This document shows, one piece after another, positions 23,596 to 35,216 of a stretch of 64,000 nt of DNA. This stretch comes from Macrostomum hystrix (taxonomy: Eukaryota; Animalia; Platyhelminthes). The stretch covers positions 7,812,001-7,876,000 of the forward strand of contig CATNEN010000039.1 of assembly GCA_950097015.1 (NCBI GenBank), given 5' to 3'. The position numbers were made by a program, and so were the translations under genes. Numbering within the stretch: the first letter of the stretch is position 1; each line of letters starts with the position of its first letter. A model generated the notes under the pieces. The model did not search any database, had not been told where the DNA came from, and saw nothing but the letters and a program-made list of their open reading frames with translations.

Positions 23596-26500
23596 TTAGG
23601 CCGACTTGCTAGAGTGCAGGTCGTCAACATTCTCGCCATCTGTGTTCATAGAGTTAAACGCATTGCTGATGCTATCCGGATCCACCAGTTCCATGAGTGA
23701 GCCCAGAGCACCCAGGTAGCCCTGCGAATATTATAAAGTGAGGGTTGAATAAGCTTGAATAAAATGAGCTTTGAATAAAATGAGCTTTGAATAAAATGAG
23801 GGTCTGTGCGATTGCCGGGTCTAGGGGAGCATTGTCAATAGCCTGAGGATATGGGATGCATTGGGGATAAACTGAGGAATGAGGATCTGTGTGAGCACTG
23901 GGGATAACCTGAGGATCTGGATGAGCACTTGGGATAACCTGAGGATCTGGGTGAGCACTTGGGATAACCTGAGGATCTGGGTGAGTACTGGGTATAAACT
24001 GAGGATTGAGGATCTGTGTGAGCACTGGGGATAACCTGAGGATCTGGGTGAGCACTTGGGATAACCTGAGGATCTGGGTGAGCACTTGGGATAACCTGAG
24101 GATCTGTGTGAGCACTGGGGATAACCTGAGGATCTGGGTGAGCACTTGGGATAACCTGAGGATCTGGGTGAGCACTTGGGATAACCTGAGGATCTGGGTG
24201 AGCACTGGGGATAACCTGAGGATCTGTGTGAGCACTGGGGATAACCTGAGGATCTGGGTGAGCACTGGGGATAACCTGAGGATCTGGGTGAGCACTTGGG
24301 ATAACCTGAGGATCTGTGTGAGCACTGGGAATAACCTGAGGATCTGGGCGAGCACTTGGGATAACCTGAGGATCTGGGTGAGCATTTGGGATAACCTGGG
24401 GATCTGGGTGAGCACTGGGGATAACCTGAGGATCTGGGTGAGCACTTGGGATAACCTGAGGATCTGGGTGAGTACTGGGTATAAACTGAGGATCTGTGTG
24501 AGCACTTGGGATAACCTGAGGATCTGTGTGAGCACTGGGGATAACCTGAGGATCTGGGTGAGCACTTGGGATAACCTGAGGATCTGGGTGAGCACTGGGG
24601 ATAACCTTAGGATCTGGGTGAGCACTTGGGATAACCTGAGGATCTGTGTGAGCACTTGGGATAACCTGAGGATCTGGGTGAGTACTGGGTATAAACTGAG
24701 GATTGAGGATCTGGGTGAGCACTTGGGATAACCTGAGGATCTGGGTGAGTACTGGGTATAAACTGAGGATTGAGGATCTGTGTGAGCACTGGGGATAACC
24801 TGAGGATCTGGGTGAGCATTTGGGATAACCTGAGGATCTGGGTGAGCATTTGGGATAACCTGAGGATCTGGGTGAGCACTTGGGATAACCTGGGGATCTG
24901 GGTGAGCACTTGGGATAACCTGGGGATCTGGGTGAGCACTTGGGATAACCTGAGGATCTGGGTGAGCACTTGGGATAACCTGGGGATCTGGGTGAGCACT
25001 TGGGATAACCTGGGGATCTGGGTGAGCATTTGGGATAACCTGAGGATCTGGGTGAGCATTTGGGATAACCTGAGGATCTGGATGAGCATTTGGGATAACC
25101 TTAAGATCTGGGTGAGCATTGGGGATAAACTAAGGATCTGGATGACCATTGGGGATAACCTGGGATCTGGACGAGCAATTGGATAACTTGGGATCAGGTT
25201 AGAGCAATATGAATAACCAGAGGATCTTAGAAGGCGGCGATTCCATCACGCGGGCAGCAAAGCAGACTTACCTCGTGCTGCACAAACAATGCTTTAATTG
25301 TGCTTCGTGACCAATAGTCCATGGCGTGCGCCAGCAGTCGCACGGACAATTCGTTGCAGCGCAAAAAGTTGCCCGTGAAAATAACACGATCGATGCCCTG
25401 TATCAAATGAAATTATGAACAGTAAAATTCCAGTCCGGGTTTAATGATTAAATACCTGGGCTAGTTAGGGTGTCACCTGAGTGGAGGCGCACATCCTTGC
25501 AATGGACCCAATATTATTAGTCAGCATAACTAGCGTGGCCCTGGCCAGATCCTCCGGCTTAGCATCGGCACGTTTGTCCGGCGACATCATGTGACCAAAG
25601 CTGCTCGCCACGAGGTCGCCGCGCAATCCGAATAACTCGTAATCCCCGCCGTAGATGTCCATGACTAGCTTGTCAACCTGCGAATCCAGTGTCACGGATT
25701 TGCATCTTGATGTAAGTAATTTTGCGTGTTGCGTTAAATATATATATTTGTTTTATATGACGACGAGTTCTACTAAAATATAAAAGGCCCGGTTACTCCT
25801 AGACCAAATCCCGTATCAATTAGGAAATTCAGATAATTGATGGCCAATTACCAGTTATACGATGGAGAAGAAAACACGGGTGAAAAGTTTAATTTAGCTA
25901 CCGGAAGCTTGTAGCTTGAGTTTAGACTACTGGCTGAGAGGCTAGGTCGGGAGTTCGAATCCCAGGCTATAAAGTTTATTGACGATTGCGTCAGTTTAAA
26001 AAAGATGTCAAATGCTTAGTTAGTGAAGCGCTGCGAAATAGCGCTACACTTGGGTGTTATTTTTTATCAATCCTAACAAGCCTAAGAATAGCTTTTACAA
26101 CCAGAAATTTAACACAAATAATTGATTACATCTACCACAACCTGACAGCACAGCCACAGATATTGCGCGCCGCATCTGATCTGAAGGCTGAGTACGGCTG
26201 TTCAGTCCATGGACTGGGGGGACGCAAAAACAACCCTTAATTAGCCGAAAATATGCCGGTACCCATTTAACAACTGGGTGAACTGAACTGAATCAATGCA
26301 TAGTTGAGTGTCTCGCTAAAGGATGCAGACTGTTTCAGTGGAGTCAGGATTCGAACCCCCGACCTTTAAGTCATACGTCTCTAACCATAGATCTAACAAC
26401 TAGGCTACAATATCCTATTGTACAACGCACTATGACATCAATGTACTTTAGACCTGTCCTTTGAATTTCACCTTATTACTGTCGCCCCGTTCAGCCAGGG

Positions 26501-28341
26501 CGATGGCTTCTTCGAAAGTTTCACAGCCGGTCAGCAGGCAGCAGAGGCCCAAGAAGGTGCCACCGCCGAGGCTAGTGCCGCTGACTCGGTTCCAGTCACG
26601 CGGACCTCGAACTGCAATGATGGAGACTCCGCTGCCAATATTGACAGCCAGAAACGGATAGCAGTCTGACTGGCGGGCTAGACTATAGGGCTGGCGCTTG
26701 CAGTCAGACCTGTTTGGATCCGGCTCTGGTAAAAAGTAGCACTCCAATGGATGCCTCTCGGCTAGGAATATTAAACCGCTGAGTAGGCACTCGAGTTCGT
26801 CTAGTTTGAGCAGTGACATACCCAGCCGGCTTTGAAAATCAGATTCAAATTTATAGGCCCCGCCGCCTGCAATGCGTTATTGGTGCACTGGTTGCTAGAA
26901 GATATTATAAATGGCTTCATCAGGTTAGGGGGGGTCGTTAGCAGAGCGGTTAACGCGTTTGCCTCTCGAACCAATGTACCTGAGCCAATGTTCCACTGCG
27001 AGGCGACATTCCTTTGGGGCGCAGCCGCGGAGAGAAGGCTTGGGGGCTTGTCATGCAATTTACGCCCTTGAGGGCCAACCTCCAAGGCACAGTGTAAGTA
27101 CACACTGCCTGACGATGAGAAAGTCAGGGCAGATGTACACACTTGTGTGAGTGTGCCTGCGTACGGTATCTGTGTGCGTGAGTGCTCAGGAGTCAGCGAA
27201 ATGGGCAGAATTGCCTCCTTGCTGGCTGCGGGTCTAGTGTCACCAAGTGATGCGCCATTTCCCACAGCACTTCTGCTGCAATTGTTATTATTGTTATTTC
27301 TAAGGTTATAAAGAAACTCAGTATGCGTCTTTCCGTTAAAAAAGGTATTTGCGATTGCTTGCAATTTGAACACCTGCTGATCTCTAAATATATATAGAAA
27401 GCTTAACATCGCATAAGGTGCAATACCAGGAAAGCAAAGTAGATCTTACGCTTCCTTTTACTTTTAGAATTAAAATAAGTTTTGTCACCGATATGAGAGA
27501 CTATTTAGAGTACTAAGATTAGAACTGACAGAATTTGAGACACTGAGAAGAGAAACTGGAAACTTTCAGAGGGTTTCATAGGCCCGTAGCAGGCATGACA
27601 GTAGCCTGGTAGAATCCCTTCAGTGGTTGTAGCCTAGTGGTTAGAGCGGTCGAACTCACGACATAAAGGTCGGGGGTTCGATTCCCGACTCCTCTGGAAC
27701 AATTTGTGTCCTATAGCAAGACACTTAACTCTGCATTGCTTCAGTTCACTCAGCTGTTAAATGGGTACCAGCATTAGCTGGGATAATTGATGGTGGGTGC
27801 GGAGTCCCCCCAGTCCATGGACTGAACAGCCGTACTCAGCCTTCAGATGTACTGCGCAATAGCTGCGGCTGTGCTGTCGGCTGCACATTTGGCACTTTCG
27901 GGGCTGGTGTAAATTCCATTCTATCTATCTCGGATTGAAAGAACCCGCGCATGTTCTCAACGCACCAGTGGCGCAGATCATATCGGCCAAATCCTTCAGA
28001 TTTTTAGCCTTGGCCATCTCGATGAAGATGCTCATGCTGCTAGTTGGGAAGCGGATAAAGTGCAAAGTGCCGCGCCGACCCAGAAGATGCACGCCGGTCA
28101 TCTCCAGATGAACATCGCGCAGACCTGTACTGCCGTAGGCAATATTGCTAGTGAGGTATTTTCTAATGTGGGCCACCTTCTCGCGTTCCTCTTCAGCATT
28201 GTCCAGATCAGGCTCAAAGTACACCAGCTTAGTAAGGGTGCCGCCAATATCCATGCCGAACCAGGGCAGCGGCGGCAGGCGAAACGAAGTGGACATGGAG
28301 CGCCTGCGCGACTTGGTCTCGGACACCTGTCTACTGGCCAT
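23596..28341 (-). CDS. PANK: Type II (eukaryotic, fumble-like) pantothenate kinase, 407 aa
   Basis: Exons 28341-27966, 26866-26472, 25677-25477, 25397-25272 and 23721-23596 (1224 nt, phases consistent). Motifs [84 protein letters not shown]. Confidence 0.96.
23870..25190. repeat. 30-bp minisatellite GAGGATCTGGGTGAGCACTTGGGATAACCT, about 43 copies, in the last PanK intron
   Basis: Direct tandem repetition with occasional 36-bp variants. Confidence 0.97.
26135..26412 (-). mobile_element. tRNA-derived CORE-SINE, family A
   Basis: Reverse complement of the 27621-27895 copy: TAGCCTAG A-box, GGTTCGAATCC B-box, CORE-like block, CAGTCCATGGACTG palindrome. Confidence 0.82.
26928..27298 (+). mobile_element. 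tRNA-derived SINE, family B, full length
   Basis: TAGCAGAGCGGTTAACGCG head, body shared with the 14590-14950 copy, (TTA/TTG) tail. Confidence 0.82.
27621..27895 (+). mobile_element. tRNA-derived CORE-SINE, family A
   Basis: A-box TAGCCTAGTGG and B-box GGTTCGATTCC, then TGTGTCCTATAGCAAGACACTTAACTCTGCATTGCTTCAGTTCACTCAGCTGTTAAATGGG, which resembles the MIR CORE consensus. Confidence 0.85.
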
Positions 28342-28763
28342 AGCTGGTTTGGTGCAATTACATCTGCAATGAAATCAACAGTAGTGAAATAAATTTATAA
28401 ATGTCATTACAAAAAAGTTTTCGAAAACTAAATGCAAATTATTTTACCTAATACATAAAATAAGCATCTAGCCTGTCCAGGAAAGACATAAGATAATAAT
28501 AGCATGATGGGTAGGCATGCCTCAGAGAAAATATGGATAAATAACCTTTGCTAAAATATGAGAAACGTGGTGGAAAGTTTATTACAGCTAAATATGTACA
28601 TAGTTCTGTATAAAAACACAGAAATTCATTAAAACACATAAAAACATTCATAACATTTGCATAATAATAGGCATTTTTTAAATTCAAATAATTAAGAACT
28701 TGTATTTTAATTATGGCAAAATAACACATTTAAAAAATAATTTAGCTTCTAATAAAGCAAATA

Positions 28764-29025
28764 AACGTCGAAAGCTTTAGTAAGAGACTTCATAAGCTCG
28801 AAATTTCATAAGCTCGAAACATCACAACGTCGAAAACTGAAATAGCAGCTACCTTATGAAATCTCTTGCTAAAGCTTTCGACGTTGTGAAGTTTCGAGCT
28901 TTTGAAGTTTCGACCTAGTGAAGGTAGCTGTTATTTTAGTTTTCGACGTTGTGAAGTTTCGAGCTTATGAAGTTTCGACCTTATGAAAAAAATTGCTTTT
29001 CGGTGTTGTGAAATTTTGAGCTTGT
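28764..29025. repeat. Foldback-like cluster of about 15-bp subunits (TGAAGTTTCGAGCTT) with two interleaved inverted-repeat pairs
   Basis: 28764-28787 pairs with 28862-28885 (23/24); 28801-28855 pairs with 28921-28975 (about 51/55). Confidence 0.85.
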
Positions 29026-32000
29026 GATAGCACCCCGGGATCGGACGGGTCCAGGACCGCTGGCTTTAGCCGGTCCACGGAAACATGGTCCTGACGCGTG
29101 CCGAGATCGAGAAGGAAAGCCTTGGTGTGGCGCTGAAGGACTCGGAAAGGTCCGGTGTATAGTTTCTGGAACGGCGCGCGGTAGCCATCCCGGCGGATGA
29201 ACACAAAGGGGCATGTAGCCAGGGCGCCCAGCTCCGATGCCTGTCGGTTGCCATGTGGGACGGTCGGCTGAGGACGGAAAGCTTGAATGGCGGCGCGCAG
29301 GTTGGTGAGGAACGTGCTGTGCAGTGCTGTAGGTGGGCCAACCTGTATGCACTCCCCAGGCAAAAGCAACGGGGCGCCATACACCAACTCGGCCGACGAC
29401 GAGTGAAGGTCTTCTTTGGGTGCCGTCCGGATGCCCAACAGGACCCACGGAAACTCGTCCGTCCAGTTCGGACTGGAAAGGCGTGCTATGAGTGACGCTT
29501 TGAGCTGGCGATGGAAACGCTCGACTAAATCGTTGGACTGCGGGTGAAACGCTGTGGTGTGATGCACGTGCATGCCGAGCAGTTTGGAAACGGCGGTCCA
29601 CAGTTCGGAGGTAAAATTCGGGCCCCTGTCGGTGGTGATGTCACTGGGGACTCCGAATCGAGCGATCCCGGTAGAAATGAAAACGGATGCACAGGCGCTG
29701 GCGGACGTGTCAGTGATGGGTATCGCATCAGGCCAGCGCGTAAAACGGTCGACCATCGTCAGCAGGTGCGTGAACCCGTGGGACTGCGGCAGGGGACCAA
29801 CAAGGTCGATGTGGACGTGGGCGAAACGGCTGGTCGGTACCGGTATGATGTCCGGCGTTGTCGTGTTATGCCGATGGACCTTGGCTTGTTGGCACGGAAG
29901 GCAACAGCGAGCCCACTGGCTCACGTCTCGGTTGAGACCGGGCCAGACGAATTTAGCTGCGATGAGGCGACGAGTGCTGCGGATGGAGGGATGGGCTAAT
30001 CTGTGGACCGTATCGAAAATAGCACGACGAAAACTCACTGGCACCAACGGGCGCGGGCGCCCGGTCGACATGTCACAAAGCAATTCCAAACCAGGATGCA
30101 TGGCGACGAGCTCGAGCTTGAGACTGGGAGTCACCGTCGGCATTACCAGCTGGTGCTGCTCCTTCGCCAATGCCGCATAGTCCACTCCTGGCAACAATGT
30201 GTGCACACTTGCTACTGTGCAACGGGATAGAGCGTCTGCAACAAAGTTGTCCTTGCCGGCGACGTGTCAAATGTCCGTGCTGAACTCCGACACTGACGCT
30301 AGATGCCGCTGTTGTCGTGCGGACCAAGGATCCGATAACTTGGACATCGCGGATGTCAGCGGCTTGTGATCCGTGTAGATTGTGAAAACGCGTCCTTCGA
30401 GGAAATAACGGAAGTGCCGTGTGGCCAAATATAGCGCCAGTAACTCCCGGTCGAACGCGCTGTATTTCTGTTCCGCGGGACGCAATTGTCGGCTGAAAAA
30501 GGCGAGTGGTTGCCACCCGCCAGCAATTCGCTGTTCCAAGACCGCGCCAACGGCCGTGTCCGAGGCGTCGACGGTCAGGGCCATCTGCGCAGTGGGCCTA
30601 GGGTGTGCCAGTAAAGTGGACTGAGTTAGGGCCTGTTTGGTGGCGGTGAAAGCATCGAGTAGACTGGGCGTCCACTGAACAAGTCGGCTCTTACTGGCAA
30701 TGGCGGCGTAAATGGGGCGTAGCAACTGGGCGGCATGTGGAACAAATCGGTGGTAGAAGTTCACCATACCGGGGAATTCCTGCAAGCCTTTGATGGTTGT
30801 CGGAGGTGCAAACTTGACGACCGCATCGACCTTGTCTGGCAGAGGCCAGGCGCCGCTTTGATTGATTCTGTGGCCCAAGAAATCGATCTCGGTACGTCCG
30901 AACTGGCATTTGGCCGGATTCAAGAGCAGACCGTTGTCGACAAGGCGGCGGAACAAGGTGCGCAGGTGCTCCACGTGCTGCGCGTTTGGTCGCTGCTGAC
31001 CACTAGGAAATCGTCCAAGTAGGCGAAAACGAAAGGCAAATCCTGGCTGATAGAGTCCACGAGTCGCTGGAATGTCTGTGCAGCGTTCTTGAGTCCGAAA
31101 GGCATGCGGAGGAACTCAAAGAGTCCAAACGGTGTAATGATGGCCGTTTTAGGGATATCAATTTCCGCCACTCGTATCTGGTGGTAGCCTCGGACCAGGT
31201 CAATCTTTGAGAAAATGGTACTGCCGGCCAGGTGCGCGGAAAAGTCCTGAATGTTCGGTACCGACGATCGGGTACAGTGGCGCCATTGAGCCGTCGGAAA
31301 TCGCCGCAGGGACGCCAGCCTCCTGACGACTTCGGCACCATGTGGATTGGTGATGACCAGGGGCTGTCGGACCGACGAATGATGCCAAGCTGTTCCAGGG
31401 TACGGAATTCCGCCTTAGCTATGGCCAACTTGTCGGGTGCTAGGCGGCGTGCGCGGGCGTGGGTTTGGGGACCTTGCGTCTGAATAAAATGTTCTACGCC
31501 GTGGAATTTTTGTGGCCATTGAAAACTCGGCTCCGTGAGCGACGGAAACTCAGCCAGCAACGTACTGTATGGGTCGCGGGCTACGGCGGCCGCCAGCCAG
31601 CTGATGTCGCTTAGAAGCTGTTGGCGGAACAACTCCTCAAACAGCAAGCAGGGGCAGGGCTGTTGGTCGCCGAGCAAGGCGAGCATTTCGTCCATGAGCA
31701 TTTCGTCCTGTCGCCCAACCCCGACATGCTCAGTAACTGGCTGGCACACTGCTGTTGTGAAAGGCTGTAGGTGTTGAGAAGGCGGGCCTTGAGCTGTTCA
31801 TATTTCTGGGCATCAGGGGCGTTCTCGAGCACATCTAGGAGATGCTCTGCTGTCTGCTGGTCCAATGCCACCACTAGATGGCAGTACTTAGTCATATCTA
31901 GGGTGACATTCTGGAGGCTAAACTGCGCCTCGGCTTGGATGAACCAGGTGCATGGTTGCGAAGTCCAAAATGCTGGATGCTTCACTGTGACAGCAGATTC

Positions 32001-32045
32001 GGTCATCCTCAAGCAGTCGGTTGAGGACGTCAGGCTCACCAATGT
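29025..32045 (-). mobile_element. Decayed Ty3/Gypsy LTR retrotransposon (partial gag, RT, RNase H, integrase)
   Basis: Gag-like PAFWTSQPCTWFIQAEAQF (ATG 32006); RT PWSSPIHMVPK, MPFGLKNAAQTFQR, YLDD; RNase H DASD...YSAFDRELLA...TDHKPL; integrase H2C2, IDLVGPLP, TDRGPNF, ERFHR, GPF. Several frameshifts and a stop; protease missing. LTR-end CA followed by a TGG PBS at 32043-32039; 3' LTR not seen. Confidence 0.95.
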
Positions 32046-35000
32046 AGAGGATCAGAACTCTATCATATATTTGTGGGTAGCTCTCTAGCTTGCAAGCAGA
32101 AAGTTAAAATTGTTATGCCGAAATCTTCACTTTTAGGTCCACTACAATATGACAATTTCATGCATGTTAAATGGTCCAATGCAGACAATATGACTATTTA
32201 GATAATATTGTTATTTTTTTACAACCTGTATATGATGATTTAGAATATGACGATTTTGGCCGGAGCCAGTGGGGTTTAAGTACAAGCAGATTTAGAGACA
32301 AGGGAGTTCCATAAAAAATATATTTAAAACGATTAGTTACTTTGAGGTAAGCACTTTATATGTTTGCCTCTTGAACTAAGGTACCTAAATTCAATTCTAT
32401 AGTGGAGCCACATTTACTGATACTAAATAATGGCATACAATAGGCCCCTATAGACTGTCAGTGCAACAGTCATATAAACTTAGTAGGTTTATTTATAATA
32501 TTGCTATGCAACAATATGTAAGTCAGCCATCCTTAAACTTTTGGATCCTAGACACTTCGTCATCTTAGAACTTTGTCATCCACTTGGAAGGTAGGACTTA
32601 CTTGACTAAGTAAGTAAGTCAAGTGGAAGGTAGGACACTTCATCATCCAGCCAATTGGCATGCTTTAAAGTTTGGTCATTTCGCCATCTACTAATAACAA
32701 GTCAATCAAGTTCGTCATCAATAAAGTAAGGGTGGGGTGGTGGGGCAGAGGTGTGAACACACTTCACACTCTAAATTGGCAAAAAGAGGTGTCAAACTGA
32801 CTTCATTATAAGAGTTGAAAGATAGGTGCCAACACGATGTGAGGAGGGGTGGTTCTGTTTTAACTTTGAAAACTTTTGTTTTATAGATGACAAAGTGTCC
32901 ACAAGTCTAAGTCTCTTCATCATCCACCCTCTGAGATATTGGACAGATCATCATCTTGATGACGAAGTTGTAAGATTACGAAGTGTTCAGGTACCAAACC
33001 TTTTGTACTTGCAGTACAAAGCTTGGAATAGTATAATTAGCTAGGGTTAGTAGTTTAGTGCTTTCCTAGGCAGATTGCTTATTGTTTATTACTTTAGTTG
33101 CACACTGCTAAGCCTGAAATGAGTAAACATGTTATTATTTGGTCATTATCTTTTTTTTCTACAACTCACCACTTTATTGCAGCACATTTTCATTTAGGTT
33201 TGAAAATGCATTTGCAGAAATGGTTGTTGCCACCAAATCACTAAATTGAACTGGATTTAAACATTAATAAATTGGTGATAGTCCAACTATTACCTAAGCC
33301 AACATAATTAGCTAGGTACTAAATTAGCTCAGCAAAAAAAGCTAAAACATTAAAAATGTTAATAGGTCAACTTTCATTTGAATTGAGAACAGGCTTACCT
33401 AAGTTAATTTAGACTAAAAATTAGTCTCTAGCTCCAGTCTTGCACAAATACAAATATATAGGGCCTAATATTAAACTTCACGAATTCCTATACTATTTAA
33501 ACATACTCTTGTACAGCAATATAGCAATGCACAATCTTATATAGCGATATAAATTATGGAAATGAATACAATCATACCAATTACCAATGATCAAAGAACA
33601 GCAAGTGTTTATTTAAGCCAGTACCATAAACACATACTTAGCAAGGGTAGCTGCAGCTAAGTTGGTAGTCATACGAGGTTAAGTAGAACTGTAGAAGAAC
33701 AAAAAAAGAATAATCACGTTGGATTTTATTTAGACTCCTGACTTTAAAAATACATGTTTTGTTTTTTACTCACTTAGACATATTGAAAATATGGGTAAAT
33801 TTTATTTATTACATAAGACCTATATTATACATTTCTAGAGAAATACAGTGTTAAGTTTCTGCGATTTACATTATGTAACTTGTTTTACCGTTTAAAGCTT
33901 TACACGTTTAATTTGGATCTTTATTAGAAAAGAAACTCTTCAGGATTTCCTGGCTTGTTGTGTCGGCAGTATAGAATCAGAACTGCTTATTATATTTCTC
34001 ATTTTGCAGCAAGTAGTGCAACTATATATTTTTTAAATATCTTAAGGCCATTTATTAATTACTATTTTATTGTACTATTTGTACTATTGTACTATTATAA
34101 TTCTTACAAATTCTTATAAATATACTTTCAAATTAGGACTTTATGTAGTTTTTTTTTAAATCTCTTATGTATTTTTTATGTATTAGTAGACAAGACAAGA
34201 CACTATGTATAGTTATATTCAGTTATTTTAGAGTTTCCAATGGATTGGAGTTCCCCTGTTCCCTAATCTTAATGTTAACACACTCTTCCTTCACTCTCTT
34301 TACTTTATATTATATGCTTTATTTTCTTCTCACAAACACTCAGTTCATGACTATCCAATTCCAGCTCTTAAATGCTTTATAATACAAATCAAGACCAAAA
34401 TGCACATCAACTATCTTTCAATTCAAATTGGTAACTTCCAATGGCTATGGTTTATTGACAGAATGCTGGACTAAAAAGGGTCAAGTTTTGGTAGGCAAAA
34501 GCCTGCACATTTATACAGTATTGGTTGAGGCAAGTTGGCATGCATTTAAACAAAATATAGCATTAAATCAAAATCAGTAAAACTTATTAGAGAATTTTTT
34601 GTGGTTAATTAAATTGTAACATACAATAATTTACCCTTACCATTGTAGGCCACTCACCCTTGGCCTTAAGACTGGTTATTCTCTTAGCCTAGCTACTAGC
34701 TAAAAACAAATTGCTAAAATAAAATACTTGTATATAGCCCAAAGCAATACAAAAATTTTTCTTTCTGCTGAGCCCATATGATTTACAGTGTTTCAAGTGC
34801 CCATTGTGTAAATTCAATAGTGTAGCTATTATTGATATCTATGGCAACATAACTATATGTATATTTATAGTGCTATTGGCTATGACAAGTAAGCCTACCT
34901 AAGTCATGACACTGTTACCTAGATAATGAAAAGATACATTTGCTAGCTAACAAGTGTCTAAAAATATAAAATCAAAATTTAGCCCAGCTCTAGCTAGGCT

Positions 35001-35216
35001 GGCTAGCATGGAGCTTCAAGAAAGCCTCTAGTCATGTGTTTAATCTGATAAAACTGCATTAGACTACAAAATAAGCTGGTTTATTGTATCAACATGGTTA
35101 CAGTTTATGCTAGCTAGTGATTTAGATCAAGCAGTTTGGCCTTTTGATTGGCCTGGCCATTATAACTTATATTTTATAGCCCAGGTACAATTTATGTTCA
35201 TTTGCCTTTCAGACAG

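Noticed and set aside
23672-25186. 10-aa-period ORFs ([20 protein letters not shown]) resembling LRR or repeat proteins
   Set aside because: The 30-bp array lies within the PanK intron whose flanking exons join perfectly (HE|GYLG)
25905-27690. tRNA genes at 25905-25970, 26340-26412 and 27625-27695
   Set aside because: A/B boxes are present but there is no complete cloverleaf; two continue into SINE bodies and the third is degenerate
33870-33879. PAR-bZIP D-box ATTATGTAAC as an autoregulatory site
   Set aside because: Single hit in AT-rich DNA more than 12 kb from the bZIP gene; expected by chance
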